The notes beneath the pieces were generated by a model. It saw only the letters and a list, made by a program, of their open reading frames with translations. It was not told the DNA's origin and made no database searches. From contig CALCNX010000089.1 of assembly GCA_937899715.1 (NCBI GenBank), positions 9,213-73,212 of the forward strand: a stretch of DNA of 64,000 nt, written 5' to 3'. Shown piece after piece: positions 57,401 to 64,000 of the stretch. The stretch is from an uncultured bacterium. GTDB taxonomy: Bacteria > Bacteroidota > Ignavibacteria > Kapaibacteriales > UBA4661. Numbering within the stretch: position 1 is the first letter of the stretch; each line of letters opens with the position of its first letter. The position numbers were made by a program, and so were the translations under genes.

Positions 57401-57712
57401 AAGCGAAACTCGCACGGTCGCGGGGCTTGGAGCCGTCGAAGCCGTTGTTGTCCAGAGTACAAGTCCACTGACAGAATCAAGCGTCATGCCGCGTGGTGCG
57501 CTCGTGAGCCTATATCGAATAGCTGCCATGCTGTCGCGCCCGAATGCGCGAGCTTGATAGCGATATTCACGGTTGGCGATTGCAATCACGGGAGGATTAG
57601 AAACAAACCGAATAATAGGTAGTACGGGATTTGTGGGCGTATTCTGCGCTTGGGTGCTCCCGTAAGCACACACGCCGAGAAAAAACAGAAGGAGAGTACG
57701 AAAGGTTCGCAT
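54464..57712 (-). CDS. Large secreted/surface protein with repeated putative-Ig (He_PIG-like) domains, carboxypeptidase-regulatory-like domains and a C-terminal T9SS sorting domain.
   Basis: Signal peptide MRTFRTLLLFFLGVCAYGSTQAQ. At least four repeats of the form PxGMT[IL]D..[ST]G.V[RL]WTP. Central beta-sandwich CarbopepD_reg-like segments. C-terminus …AARLSVVNMRGEEVFETDV…PVGVYLVRIVGENIRASVRMMIAR matches Por_Secre_tail. Confidence 0.75.
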   Translation of the reverse strand: MRTFRTLLLFFLGVCAYGSTQAQNTPTNPVLPIIRFVSNPPVIAIANREYRYQARAFGRDSMAAIRYRLTSAPRGMTLDSVSGLVLWTTTASTAPSPATVRVSLRAAMATNANQNVTQTFNITVIPESAAQPTVRFVGEASRTASVGAPYTYQAFAYYGVDPVLATPPRTQTGAIQYSLIGAPQGMTIDATRGTVRWTPSASGIVQFSIRAASTTVPTASATQNVEIRVTEPRPIFVTNPPTEAFVGQGYIYNAIAALQGANIQTGSRPGEVTIVPITQRVPMSYTLVDAPSGMTVDANSGIVRWQPTSLPTTATVRILLRASVVGGSTTQTVTQDFRIRVSMPQMLFTSQPPRSVTVGQNYVYQPVVAYGNLNSLVAIVTRPDSVPNPITTVAASAFTFSLINPPQGMTIDATRGTVRWTVATNGLLTISIRAALKDNPTLSTTQTYQVNVALAPITLRFTTEPGSVFVDVGREFVYRARAEASRPTTATITYSLGTAPTGTQIDSLTGDVRWTPTIAGQFTFEIIARLPNGTPRPAEARQRFSGNARAALCGVLQGTARYTDGAVVVSGTARALVANVTAASIGGSALYYTATIRNGVYSMPVGAGAYILSFSGSDFNDVWFAGTAASTIATVSTPERAVQITVRCGDTLTRSVVVQHRPAAQFFAISGRVTRRADGAPVAGMVEAVGDADPTLVNGGIIRRTVRTDAQGNYRLTQLDNRYIFTIRALPDEPRPTTATVRPPQLLPMYYDNTLNLAEARRFRLTSDLTGINFALQERPTFNNAITGKVQSTSGVAIPGRITVFMTATTANTPQYASLEVRTENVDSTGTFTVRNLTPGEYVLQAFPNNERDFASGYYVAGTTATTRWRDAARLNVGATSTERITIALAPRRPTATAVVATVSGSVSSEAGFNGASVLGASVYLTDKEGSVVSQTVTDKQGRFDAGMVEHGLYTLIVDKPGYESATAKVLAEQPAAIEKSIILQKPVSAVLTSVSGGVSLVQTLGVAPNPASDAAFIQIPSFSGAARLSVVNMRGEEVFETDVTAANTTLQLDAHNLPVGVYLVRIVGENIRASVRMMIAR

Positions 57713-57902
57713 AGCGAAATTCCTTGTAATTGAAATGATAAAAGCCCTGCTATTTGCTGAGAGATGAATATAAAGGCGTTTCTTGCGAGACGCTTTAGGC
57801 AAGAACAAGAAAACGACACAAGAGTTACAATATATTCAATTTGTGAGCCAAAATTTCTCCGAGAGCAAGGCTTTTTCAATCACTATCATACCATATTTCG
57901 CA

Positions 57903-58745
57903 TCATACCTCAATTGTCCCCTGCAAATACGAGACACCATGACCGCCCAAGAAAACACGGTCGCCCTTCACTTCACAAAAAAGCTGTCCGCCGCGTTTAG
58001 AAACTTGCTGCGCAATCAATACAGTTTTGTTCAATTTCTCTGCCCAATACGGCACAAGTGTACAGTGCGCCGAGCCTGTGACCGGGTCTTCAAAAATGCC
58101 AGCATAAACAGCAAAATACCGCGAGACAAAATCTACCACGTCGCATTGCACGTTTGCCTGTTCCTCTAGCGATAAGCTGTTTGGCACGGCAGCTGTCGCA
58201 ATAATACCGTGCTTGGCAAAAAACGCCTTATCGCCGCCAAAATCGGGTGCGAGGCTGAGAACATCACGCGGCGATTCCAGAACGACCATATAGTTCATAG
58301 CGCTTCGGTACGTTGCTTGTGGCGTAACGCCAAGCGCCGTGATGATTGCCTGCGGCGTTTCGACTCGCTCGGTAGTGCGCTTCGGGAAATCCAACGTGAA
58401 AAGGTCTTTGCCATCGCGCATACCCTTACTCACACGAAGTTCACCGCTTTTGCTGTGAAACCGCACAACATCTTGGGTGTACCCCAAATGCTTGTACAGC
58501 ACAAATGCACTGGCAAGCGTCGCGTGTCCGCAGAGCGGAACTTCAATTTCCGGCGTGAACCAACGCAAATCATAACTACCATCGTCTTTACGCACAAAAA
58601 ATGCTGTTTCGGCGAGATTATTCTCGGCAGCGATATTGAGAAGCATGTCGTCCGAAAGCCATGTTTCGAGCGGTACGACTGCCGCAGGATTGCCGCGAAA
58701 AACCGCGCTTGCAAATGCGTCAATTTGATAAATGGGGAGTTTCAT
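57903..58745 (-). CDS. PhzF-family isomerase (phenazine biosynthesis-like protein).
   Basis: The N-terminus MKLPIYQIDAFASAVFRGNPAAVV is the classic PhzF start; 280 aa DapF-like fold. Confidence 0.85.
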   Translation of the reverse strand: MKLPIYQIDAFASAVFRGNPAAVVPLETWLSDDMLLNIAAENNLAETAFFVRKDDGSYDLRWFTPEIEVPLCGHATLASAFVLYKHLGYTQDVVRFHSKSGELRVSKGMRDGKDLFTLDFPKRTTERVETPQAIITALGVTPQATYRSAMNYMVVLESPRDVLSLAPDFGGDKAFFAKHGIIATAAVPNSLSLEEQANVQCDVVDFVSRYFAVYAGIFEDPVTGSAHCTLVPYWAEKLNKTVLIAQQVSKRGGQLFCEVKGDRVFLGGHGVSYLQGTIEV

Positions 58746-59001
58746 CGGAGTTCAGAAAAAGTAAAAAATTTAGGGAAATGGACAAAAGAGATTGGGATGA
58801 GCGCTGTATCTCCAAGAACAAAACTACATGATTCCGTAGAATCATCACAGATACAGCAAAAATATTTTTCGCAAGTACAGTTTTTCGTTTTAACACAGAA
58901 CGACTGTTTGCCTTGTTTTAATGTTCTGAAATTCCTATCTTGTAACGTGTTATTTCAAGCCATTTGCCTCTTGTTTTACTCACTTTTGCCTCCGAATTAC
59001 G

Positions 59002-61926
59002 ATGGAATATACCGATACTTCAGCCATCCAACTTCAATCAAATACCACCGAACAACTGGCGCTCGTAGAGATTGCCTCATCGCTCGAAACATTTTTGCGC
59101 CCCGACCAAGTCCTTACGCGCCCCATAGAACGTATTGCTTATGCGCATGATGCAAGTTGCTATCGTCTTGTGCCGCAAGCAATCGTGCGCCCGGATTCTC
59201 TCGACGACGTGCGCCGCCTCATGGCATGGAGCAACGATACTCGCATTCCGCTCACATTCCGTGCTGCGGGCACAAGTCTTTCGGGGCAAGCGGTCACTAG
59301 TGGCGTGATTGTGGACATCACGCGCGGCGCATGGGATGCTATCGCAATTTCGCACGAAGGCTCTGTGGTGAGGGTTGGTCCGGGCATGGTTGGCTCCAAA
59401 GTGAATGATTATTTGCGGAAATATGGCAAGAAAATTGGTCCCGACCCCGCTTCACTAGCTGCCTGCATGGTTGGCGGTATTGTGGCAAATAATGCAAGCG
59501 GTATGTGCTGCGGCGTAACGCAAAACACTTATCACACGCTCGAATCATTGACCTTTATGCTCCCAAACGGCGTGGTTATTGATTCTTCACTGCCCAATGC
59601 AAATGATATTCTAGTGCGTACTTCGCCTGAAATAGCTGAAGGACTTATGGCGCTCAAAGCAGAAATAGAAGCAAATACGCCACTTGTGGAGAAGATTCGC
59701 CGCAAATACAAAATTAAAAACACCGTTGGCTACGGCATCAATGCTTTCCTTGATTATGCCGCACCTGTTGAGATTTTGCGCCATTTAATGGTCGGCTCAG
59801 AAGGTACGCTCGGCTTTATTGCTGAGGCGGGCTTTCACACCGTGCCGGATTTGCCGATGAAATCAACGGCATTGCTCTTTTTTAGTACGGTTGCGGAGGC
59901 GTGCGCCTCCATTGTCGCTTTGCGGGATTCTGGCGCGGCGGCACTTGAACTCATGGACTACGCCTCGCTTGCGGCTATGCGCGACCAATACGGCGCTCCA
60001 AAAGACATTATTGATGCACTTCCCACGACAGCAGCTTGTCTGCTGGTGGAGTATCAAGCCGCTGACAAAGAAGTCCTCCAAACCTTGCGTAGTGCGGGTG
60101 AGGCGCTCTTGACCTCGTTACCGCTTGTCGCAACACAGCCGTTTACCGAAGATGCAAAGCAGCAGGCAATTTTTTGGAAGCTGCGCAAAGGCGTGATTCC
60201 TGTTGTCAGTGCCAAGCGCCGCCCCGGAACGACGGTTATCAACGAAGATATTGCTTTCCCGATTGAATTTCTCGCCGATGGCGTAACGGCACTGCAAGAG
60301 CTTTTTGTGAAGCATGGTTATCCAGACGGTGTGGTTTTTGGTCATGCGAAGGACGGCAATCTCCATTTTACGCTTGCACAGGCTTTCGACACCGATGCCG
60401 ATGTTGCTCAATTTGAGGGGCTTTTAGATGATATTGCGCATTTGGTCGTTGGTTGCTTTGACGGCTCGCTCAAGGCAGAACACGGCACGGGACGCAATAT
60501 GGCTCCTTACGTCGAAATGGAGTGGGGCGCGGAAGCCTACTCCATTATGCGCCGCCTGAAGGCGCTTATTGACCCGAACAATATCTTGAACCCGGGCGTT
60601 ATTATGAACGACAACCCAAAAGCCCACGTTGAGAACTTGAAGCCAATTCCAGTGGTGGAAAAAGAAGTGGATAGCTGTATTGAATGTGGTTGGTGCGAGA
60701 ATAAATGTCCCTCACAAGGGTTGACGCTCACTCCACGCCAGAGAATAGTAGTGCGGCGTGAAATTACCCGCGTCAAGAATGCCTCGAAAGACGGAAAAAC
60801 CTTGAGCGACGCGCCATTTAGCGCATGGCAGTTGGAAAGAGATTACGATTATTACGGCTTGGAAACGTGCGCTACGGACGGGATGTGCGCGACAATCTGC
60901 CCTGTCCATATCAACACCGGTGATTTGGTGAAATTATTGCGCAGCGAGCAACATTCCGGCTTTGCGCAAGACAACGCCCGAACGATTTCGCGGCATTTTC
61001 ACGCCGTGGAAAGTATTGCGAAATTGGGAGTACAAGCCGGGAGGGCGCTTGAAAGCATCGGTGCTGAGGGCGTGGTAAATTTTATGAGCGATGTTGTAGG
61101 TAAGATATTGGAGACACGGCTGCCGGGCTGGAATGACAACATTGGTACGCCCATACGTCTGCCCCAAGCATTGAATGAAAATGCTGATGCTATCTACTTT
61201 CCCGCCTGCGTGACCCGTTTGATGGGCGGCGGTGAAAATCCACATGATATGAATCAAGTAGAAATGCTGCTGCGTGTTGCAGAAAGGGCTGGTGTTGCAC
61301 TCTGGATACCCGAAAAAAGTACGAATTATTGCTGCGGTACGCCGTTTTCCTCAAAGGGCTTCATGGAGGCATACCGCGACATGATGGAGCGCACTGTAGA
61401 TGAGTTCTGGAAGTGGTCGGACGGTGGACGATTGCCGATTCTGACCGATGCAAGTTCATGTACTTATACATTCCGCAACGCGGGCAAAGACCTTTCGGGG
61501 CAAGCATTGGAGCGCTTTACGCAACTGACGATTGTGGATTCCATCGAATACGTCCACGACGTACTTTTGCCAAAGCTGATTGAACGCGGCTTACTAACAC
61601 GCTTGCCCGAATCCGCGCTCCTCCATCCGGTTTGCTCAGTGATGAAATTAGGCTTTGCCGATAAACTCCAAGCTATTGCCGAAGCCTGTGCTGATGATGC
61701 GGTAACGCCGATAAACGTGGGCTGCTGCGCTTTTGCAGGCGACCGAGGTATGATTGCGCCGGAGCTTACCGCCAACGCAACCTTGCTTGAAGCCCGCGAA
61801 GCCCGTGAGCGCCACTACGATGGCTATTATTCCAGCAATCCTACCTGCCAAATTGGGATGACAACAGCAGTTGGTGAGGAATATCAATCGTATATCGCTC
61901 TTGTGGAGCGGGCTACACGGGCATAA
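59002..61926 (+). CDS. Multidomain FAD-linked oxidase fused to a 4Fe-4S / CCG-domain module (YdiJ-like large 2-hydroxyacid dehydrogenase).
   Basis: FAD_binding_4 (PCMH) region (…RAAGTSLSGQAV…), FAD-oxidase C-terminal domain, two CxxCxxCxxxCP ferredoxin motifs (CIECGWCENKCP, CATDGMCATICP), and two CCG motifs (CCGTPF, CCAFAGD). 974 aa, like E. coli YdiJ. Confidence 0.85.
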   Translation: MEYTDTSAIQLQSNTTEQLALVEIASSLETFLRPDQVLTRPIERIAYAHDASCYRLVPQAIVRPDSLDDVRRLMAWSNDTRIPLTFRAAGTSLSGQAVTSGVIVDITRGAWDAIAISHEGSVVRVGPGMVGSKVNDYLRKYGKKIGPDPASLAACMVGGIVANNASGMCCGVTQNTYHTLESLTFMLPNGVVIDSSLPNANDILVRTSPEIAEGLMALKAEIEANTPLVEKIRRKYKIKNTVGYGINAFLDYAAPVEILRHLMVGSEGTLGFIAEAGFHTVPDLPMKSTALLFFSTVAEACASIVALRDSGAAALELMDYASLAAMRDQYGAPKDIIDALPTTAACLLVEYQAADKEVLQTLRSAGEALLTSLPLVATQPFTEDAKQQAIFWKLRKGVIPVVSAKRRPGTTVINEDIAFPIEFLADGVTALQELFVKHGYPDGVVFGHAKDGNLHFTLAQAFDTDADVAQFEGLLDDIAHLVVGCFDGSLKAEHGTGRNMAPYVEMEWGAEAYSIMRRLKALIDPNNILNPGVIMNDNPKAHVENLKPIPVVEKEVDSCIECGWCENKCPSQGLTLTPRQRIVVRREITRVKNASKDGKTLSDAPFSAWQLERDYDYYGLETCATDGMCATICPVHINTGDLVKLLRSEQHSGFAQDNARTISRHFHAVESIAKLGVQAGRALESIGAEGVVNFMSDVVGKILETRLPGWNDNIGTPIRLPQALNENADAIYFPACVTRLMGGGENPHDMNQVEMLLRVAERAGVALWIPEKSTNYCCGTPFSSKGFMEAYRDMMERTVDEFWKWSDGGRLPILTDASSCTYTFRNAGKDLSGQALERFTQLTIVDSIEYVHDVLLPKLIERGLLTRLPESALLHPVCSVMKLGFADKLQAIAEACADDAVTPINVGCCAFAGDRGMIAPELTANATLLEAREARERHYDGYYSSNPTCQIGMTTAVGEEYQSYIALVERATRA

Positions 61927-61951
61927 AACAGGTCAGTGGAAGGTTCTCAGG

Positions 61952-63454
61952 TTATGCTTCCAAGCGTTTCATCTGCGGGAAGAACAGAACATCACGTATG
62001 GAATCTTGGTTTGTGAGCAGCATCACAAGACGGTCTATGCCAATACCCAAGCCCGATGTGGGCGGCATACCGATTTCAAGCGCGTGCAAGAAATCCTCGT
62101 CGAGCGTCATTGCTTCGTCGTCGCCACCAGCGCGGAAGCGTGATTGCTCCTCAAGACGGTTACGCTGGTCAATGGGGTCATTCAACTCGGAATAGGCGTT
62201 GGCAAATTCTTGTCCATTGATAAACAACTCAAAACGCTCGGTCAAACCTTCTTTGGAGCGATGCTTCTTTGCCAGAGGTGACATCTCAAGCGGGTAATCC
62301 GTGATATAGGTCGGCTGAATAAGGTGATGCTCAACTTTTTCGCTGAAAATCTCGTCTATGATTTTGCCCGCCGTTGCTTTCGGCTCCACCTCAATGCCTA
62401 ATTCTTTCGCCACAATATGCAACGCAGCAGCATCCATGCCGCTTATATCCTTGCCGGTATATTCTTGGATACTCTCCAGCAACGGCAGACGGCGAAACGG
62501 CGGCTTGAGCGAAACGGTGTGTTTGCCAATGGTAACATCCGTGGTTGCAAGCGCTGTTTGCGCGATGTGTTCAAGTAAGTTTTCTACCATTTCCATCATC
62601 CAATACACGTCTTTGTAGGCGACGTAAATTTCCATCATCGTAAATTCGGGGTTATGGGTTTTGTCCATACCTTCATTACGAAAATTCTTACTGATTTCAT
62701 ACACCCCTTCAAAGCCGCCTACAATCAAGCGCTTCAAGTACAATTCGTCAGCAATGCGGAGATAAAGCGTCGTATCGAGCGAGTTATGATGAGTGGTGAA
62801 GGGACGCGCCAGAGCACCGCCATAAAGCGGTTGCAAAATTGGCGTTTCCACCTCTAGCCAACCGCGATCATCAAAATAGCGGCGCATGGCGGTAATGATT
62901 TTGCTGCGCTTGACAAAGGTATCGCGTATCTGGGGGTTTACCACGAGGTCTTTGTAACGCTGGCGATAGCGCAATTCCTTGTCCGCAAAGGCATCGTACA
63001 TAACTTTATTGCCTGCGTCGTCCTCGACTTCTTTTGCAATCGGAATAGGAGCAAGTGATTTGCAAAGAAGCGTTAGCTCGGTCGCATGAACGCTGATTTC
63101 ACCCATCTTTGTACGGAACACATACCCCTTCACGCCAACAATATCGCCAATGTCGTAGAGTTTGAAATCGTCATAATTCGGTATATCGCCCGTGCGTAGG
63201 TATGCTTGAATACGACCGGAAGCATCTTGAATGTGACAAAAGCTCGCCTTACCCATCCGGCGCAGCGCCATAATCCGCCCAGCAATAGCAACTGTTTTGA
63301 ATTCTTCCGGCGCTTCATCCTTGAAGTTGGTGAGAATCGCTGTAGCGTCATGGGTCTTATCAAAGGTGTAAGGATAAGGATTAACGCCGTGTTGGATAAG
63401 GTGGTCGAGTTCTTCGCGGCGGCGGAGTTCTTGGTCGTTGAGTTCGCGTGTCAT
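61952..63454 (-). CDS. lysS: Lysyl-tRNA synthetase, class II.
   Basis: N-terminal OB anticodon-binding domain. Class II motifs 1-3 (…[18 protein letters not shown]…, …[13 protein letters not shown]…, [14 protein letters not shown]). Confidence 0.95.
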   Translation of the reverse strand: MTRELNDQELRRREELDHLIQHGVNPYPYTFDKTHDATAILTNFKDEAPEEFKTVAIAGRIMALRRMGKASFCHIQDASGRIQAYLRTGDIPNYDDFKLYDIGDIVGVKGYVFRTKMGEISVHATELTLLCKSLAPIPIAKEVEDDAGNKVMYDAFADKELRYRQRYKDLVVNPQIRDTFVKRSKIITAMRRYFDDRGWLEVETPILQPLYGGALARPFTTHHNSLDTTLYLRIADELYLKRLIVGGFEGVYEISKNFRNEGMDKTHNPEFTMMEIYVAYKDVYWMMEMVENLLEHIAQTALATTDVTIGKHTVSLKPPFRRLPLLESIQEYTGKDISGMDAAALHIVAKELGIEVEPKATAGKIIDEIFSEKVEHHLIQPTYITDYPLEMSPLAKKHRSKEGLTERFELFINGQEFANAYSELNDPIDQRNRLEEQSRFRAGGDDEAMTLDEDFLHALEIGMPPTSGLGIGIDRLVMLLTNQDSIRDVLFFPQMKRLEA

Positions 63455-63725
63455 GCGTTGTGTGATTGATTGGGGTGAATGATATGAGCGTTATCAAAGC
63501 ACAAAGTTACGCATTTCAAAACAAATTGTGATAGATTCACCTTTTAGGAAGAGAATTTTTTTGAAAATCCATAAAAAAGCACGATATTTGAGTTTTGCCA
63601 AAAAAACGACTTGACACAAGAAAATCCCTGAAAAACAACGCTTCACCAGTGGAAACCTTTCAGCGAACATTTTTGTAAGCCAACTGTTGTAAACCAATTT
63701 TGTATCATTATCGAACAAACGTTAC

Positions 63726-64000
63726 TTGGGTAAGTTTAGAAGCACTCGGCGTCCGCCGATTAATAAAAAGCACGACCTTAATGTTCGTGTCAACGAAGAA
63801 GTAGATGCACTGCGTGTCCGTGTTGTTGATGAAGACGGGCAAATTATCGGTATTATGTCCGGTCGAGAGGCGCTCGATATAGCAATCGCTCGTGGGCTTG
63901 ACCTCATTGAAATTGCACCGAAAGCAGAACCGCCGGTGTGTAAAATCATTGATTTGGGCAAATACCGCTACGAACAACAGAAACGTGAAAAGCAGCAAAA
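63726..64000 (+). CDS. infC: Translation initiation factor IF-3, 5' part only (3'-truncated by the window). Start uncertain; IF-3 commonly uses a non-ATG start.
   Basis: In-frame translation …RRPPINKKHDLNVRVNEEVDALRVRVVDEDGQIIGIMSGREALDIAIARGLDLIEIAPKAEPPVCKIIDLGKYRYEQQKREKQQ matches the IF-3 N-terminal domain. Candidate starts are TTG 63726 and ATT 63759. Confidence 0.7.
   Translation, partial: MGKFRSTRRPPINKKHDLNVRVNEEVDALRVRVVDEDGQIIGIMSGREALDIAIARGLDLIEIAPKAEPPVCKIIDLGKYRYEQQKREKQQ

Noticed and set aside
58209-59150. A 313-aa plus-strand ORF overlapping the PhzF gene and the PhzF/YdiJ divergent promoter region.
   Set aside because: PhzF on the minus strand is a textbook match from its first residues. 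The plus-strand ORF is a shadow that runs across an intergenic region.
1-64000. A search for rRNA, tRNA, CRISPR arrays, integrases, transposases and phage genes.
   Set aside because: No tRNA-like cloverleaf starts with a GTTC-type T-arm or CCA context were found in the intergenic regions. There are no regularly spaced direct repeats and no recombinase-like ORFs. I cannot exclude small non-coding RNAs by eye.

Overview
This 64-kb window is gene-dense chromosomal DNA of about 50 % GC. It most likely comes from a member of the Fibrobacteres-Chlorobi-Bacteroidetes (FCB) group. The evidence is indirect: two proteins carry C-terminal sorting domains typical of the type IX (Por) secretion system (T9SS), there is a TonB-dependent receptor with a carboxypeptidase-regulatory-like N-terminus, regulators that fuse a heavy-metal-associated (HMA) domain to an AraC DNA-binding domain, and several genes have Shine-Dalgarno-like sites. 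I call about 55 protein-coding genes. No rRNA, tRNA, CRISPR array, integrase or transposase was recognised.

Housekeeping genes make up most of the window: argD-like aminotransferase, queC, a tRNA-dihydrouridine synthase, the conserved tilS-hpt-ftsH block, rsmE, ogt, an acyl-CoA dehydrogenase, cydA, pssA-like, purS, yciH, arfB, lysS and the start of infC.

The main accessory feature is a copper/heavy-metal resistance island of about 14 kb (roughly 11.9-26.1 kb) sitting between argD and queC. It holds HMA proteins, an HMA-AraC regulator, copZ, copA, a cupredoxin-like protein, a multicopper oxidase, and cusA, cusC and cusB in an unusual order. The most striking thing I see directly in the sequence is a family of five intergenic palindromic elements, 63-72 nt long, with a sixth degenerate copy. 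Their ends are GGAGTGCGGAA and TTCCGCACTCC, and each sits exactly in a stop-to-start gap of this island; I found no copies elsewhere in the window.

Other points worth a second look:
- a TilS with a 370-residue Arg/Ser/Pro-rich N-terminal extension;
- a protein next to an ECF sigma factor that combines an anti-sigma-like N-terminus, a TonB C-terminal domain and a T9SS sorting domain;
- a PepSY membrane-protein gene interrupted by an in-frame TAA;
- a signalling cluster (sensor kinase, degenerate receiver, GAF protein, hybrid receiver-kinase);
- a purS gene translationally coupled to a Rieske protein;
- two small putative toxin-antitoxin-like cassettes (a MazF/PemK pair and a DUF4926-like pair in an AT-rich pocket);
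- a lone cydA beside an ABC exporter.

The supplied ORF track clearly lists TTG/GTG starts as M, so where an in-frame ATG with better context exists I moved the start to it. All functional calls come from reading motifs by eye, with no database searches.
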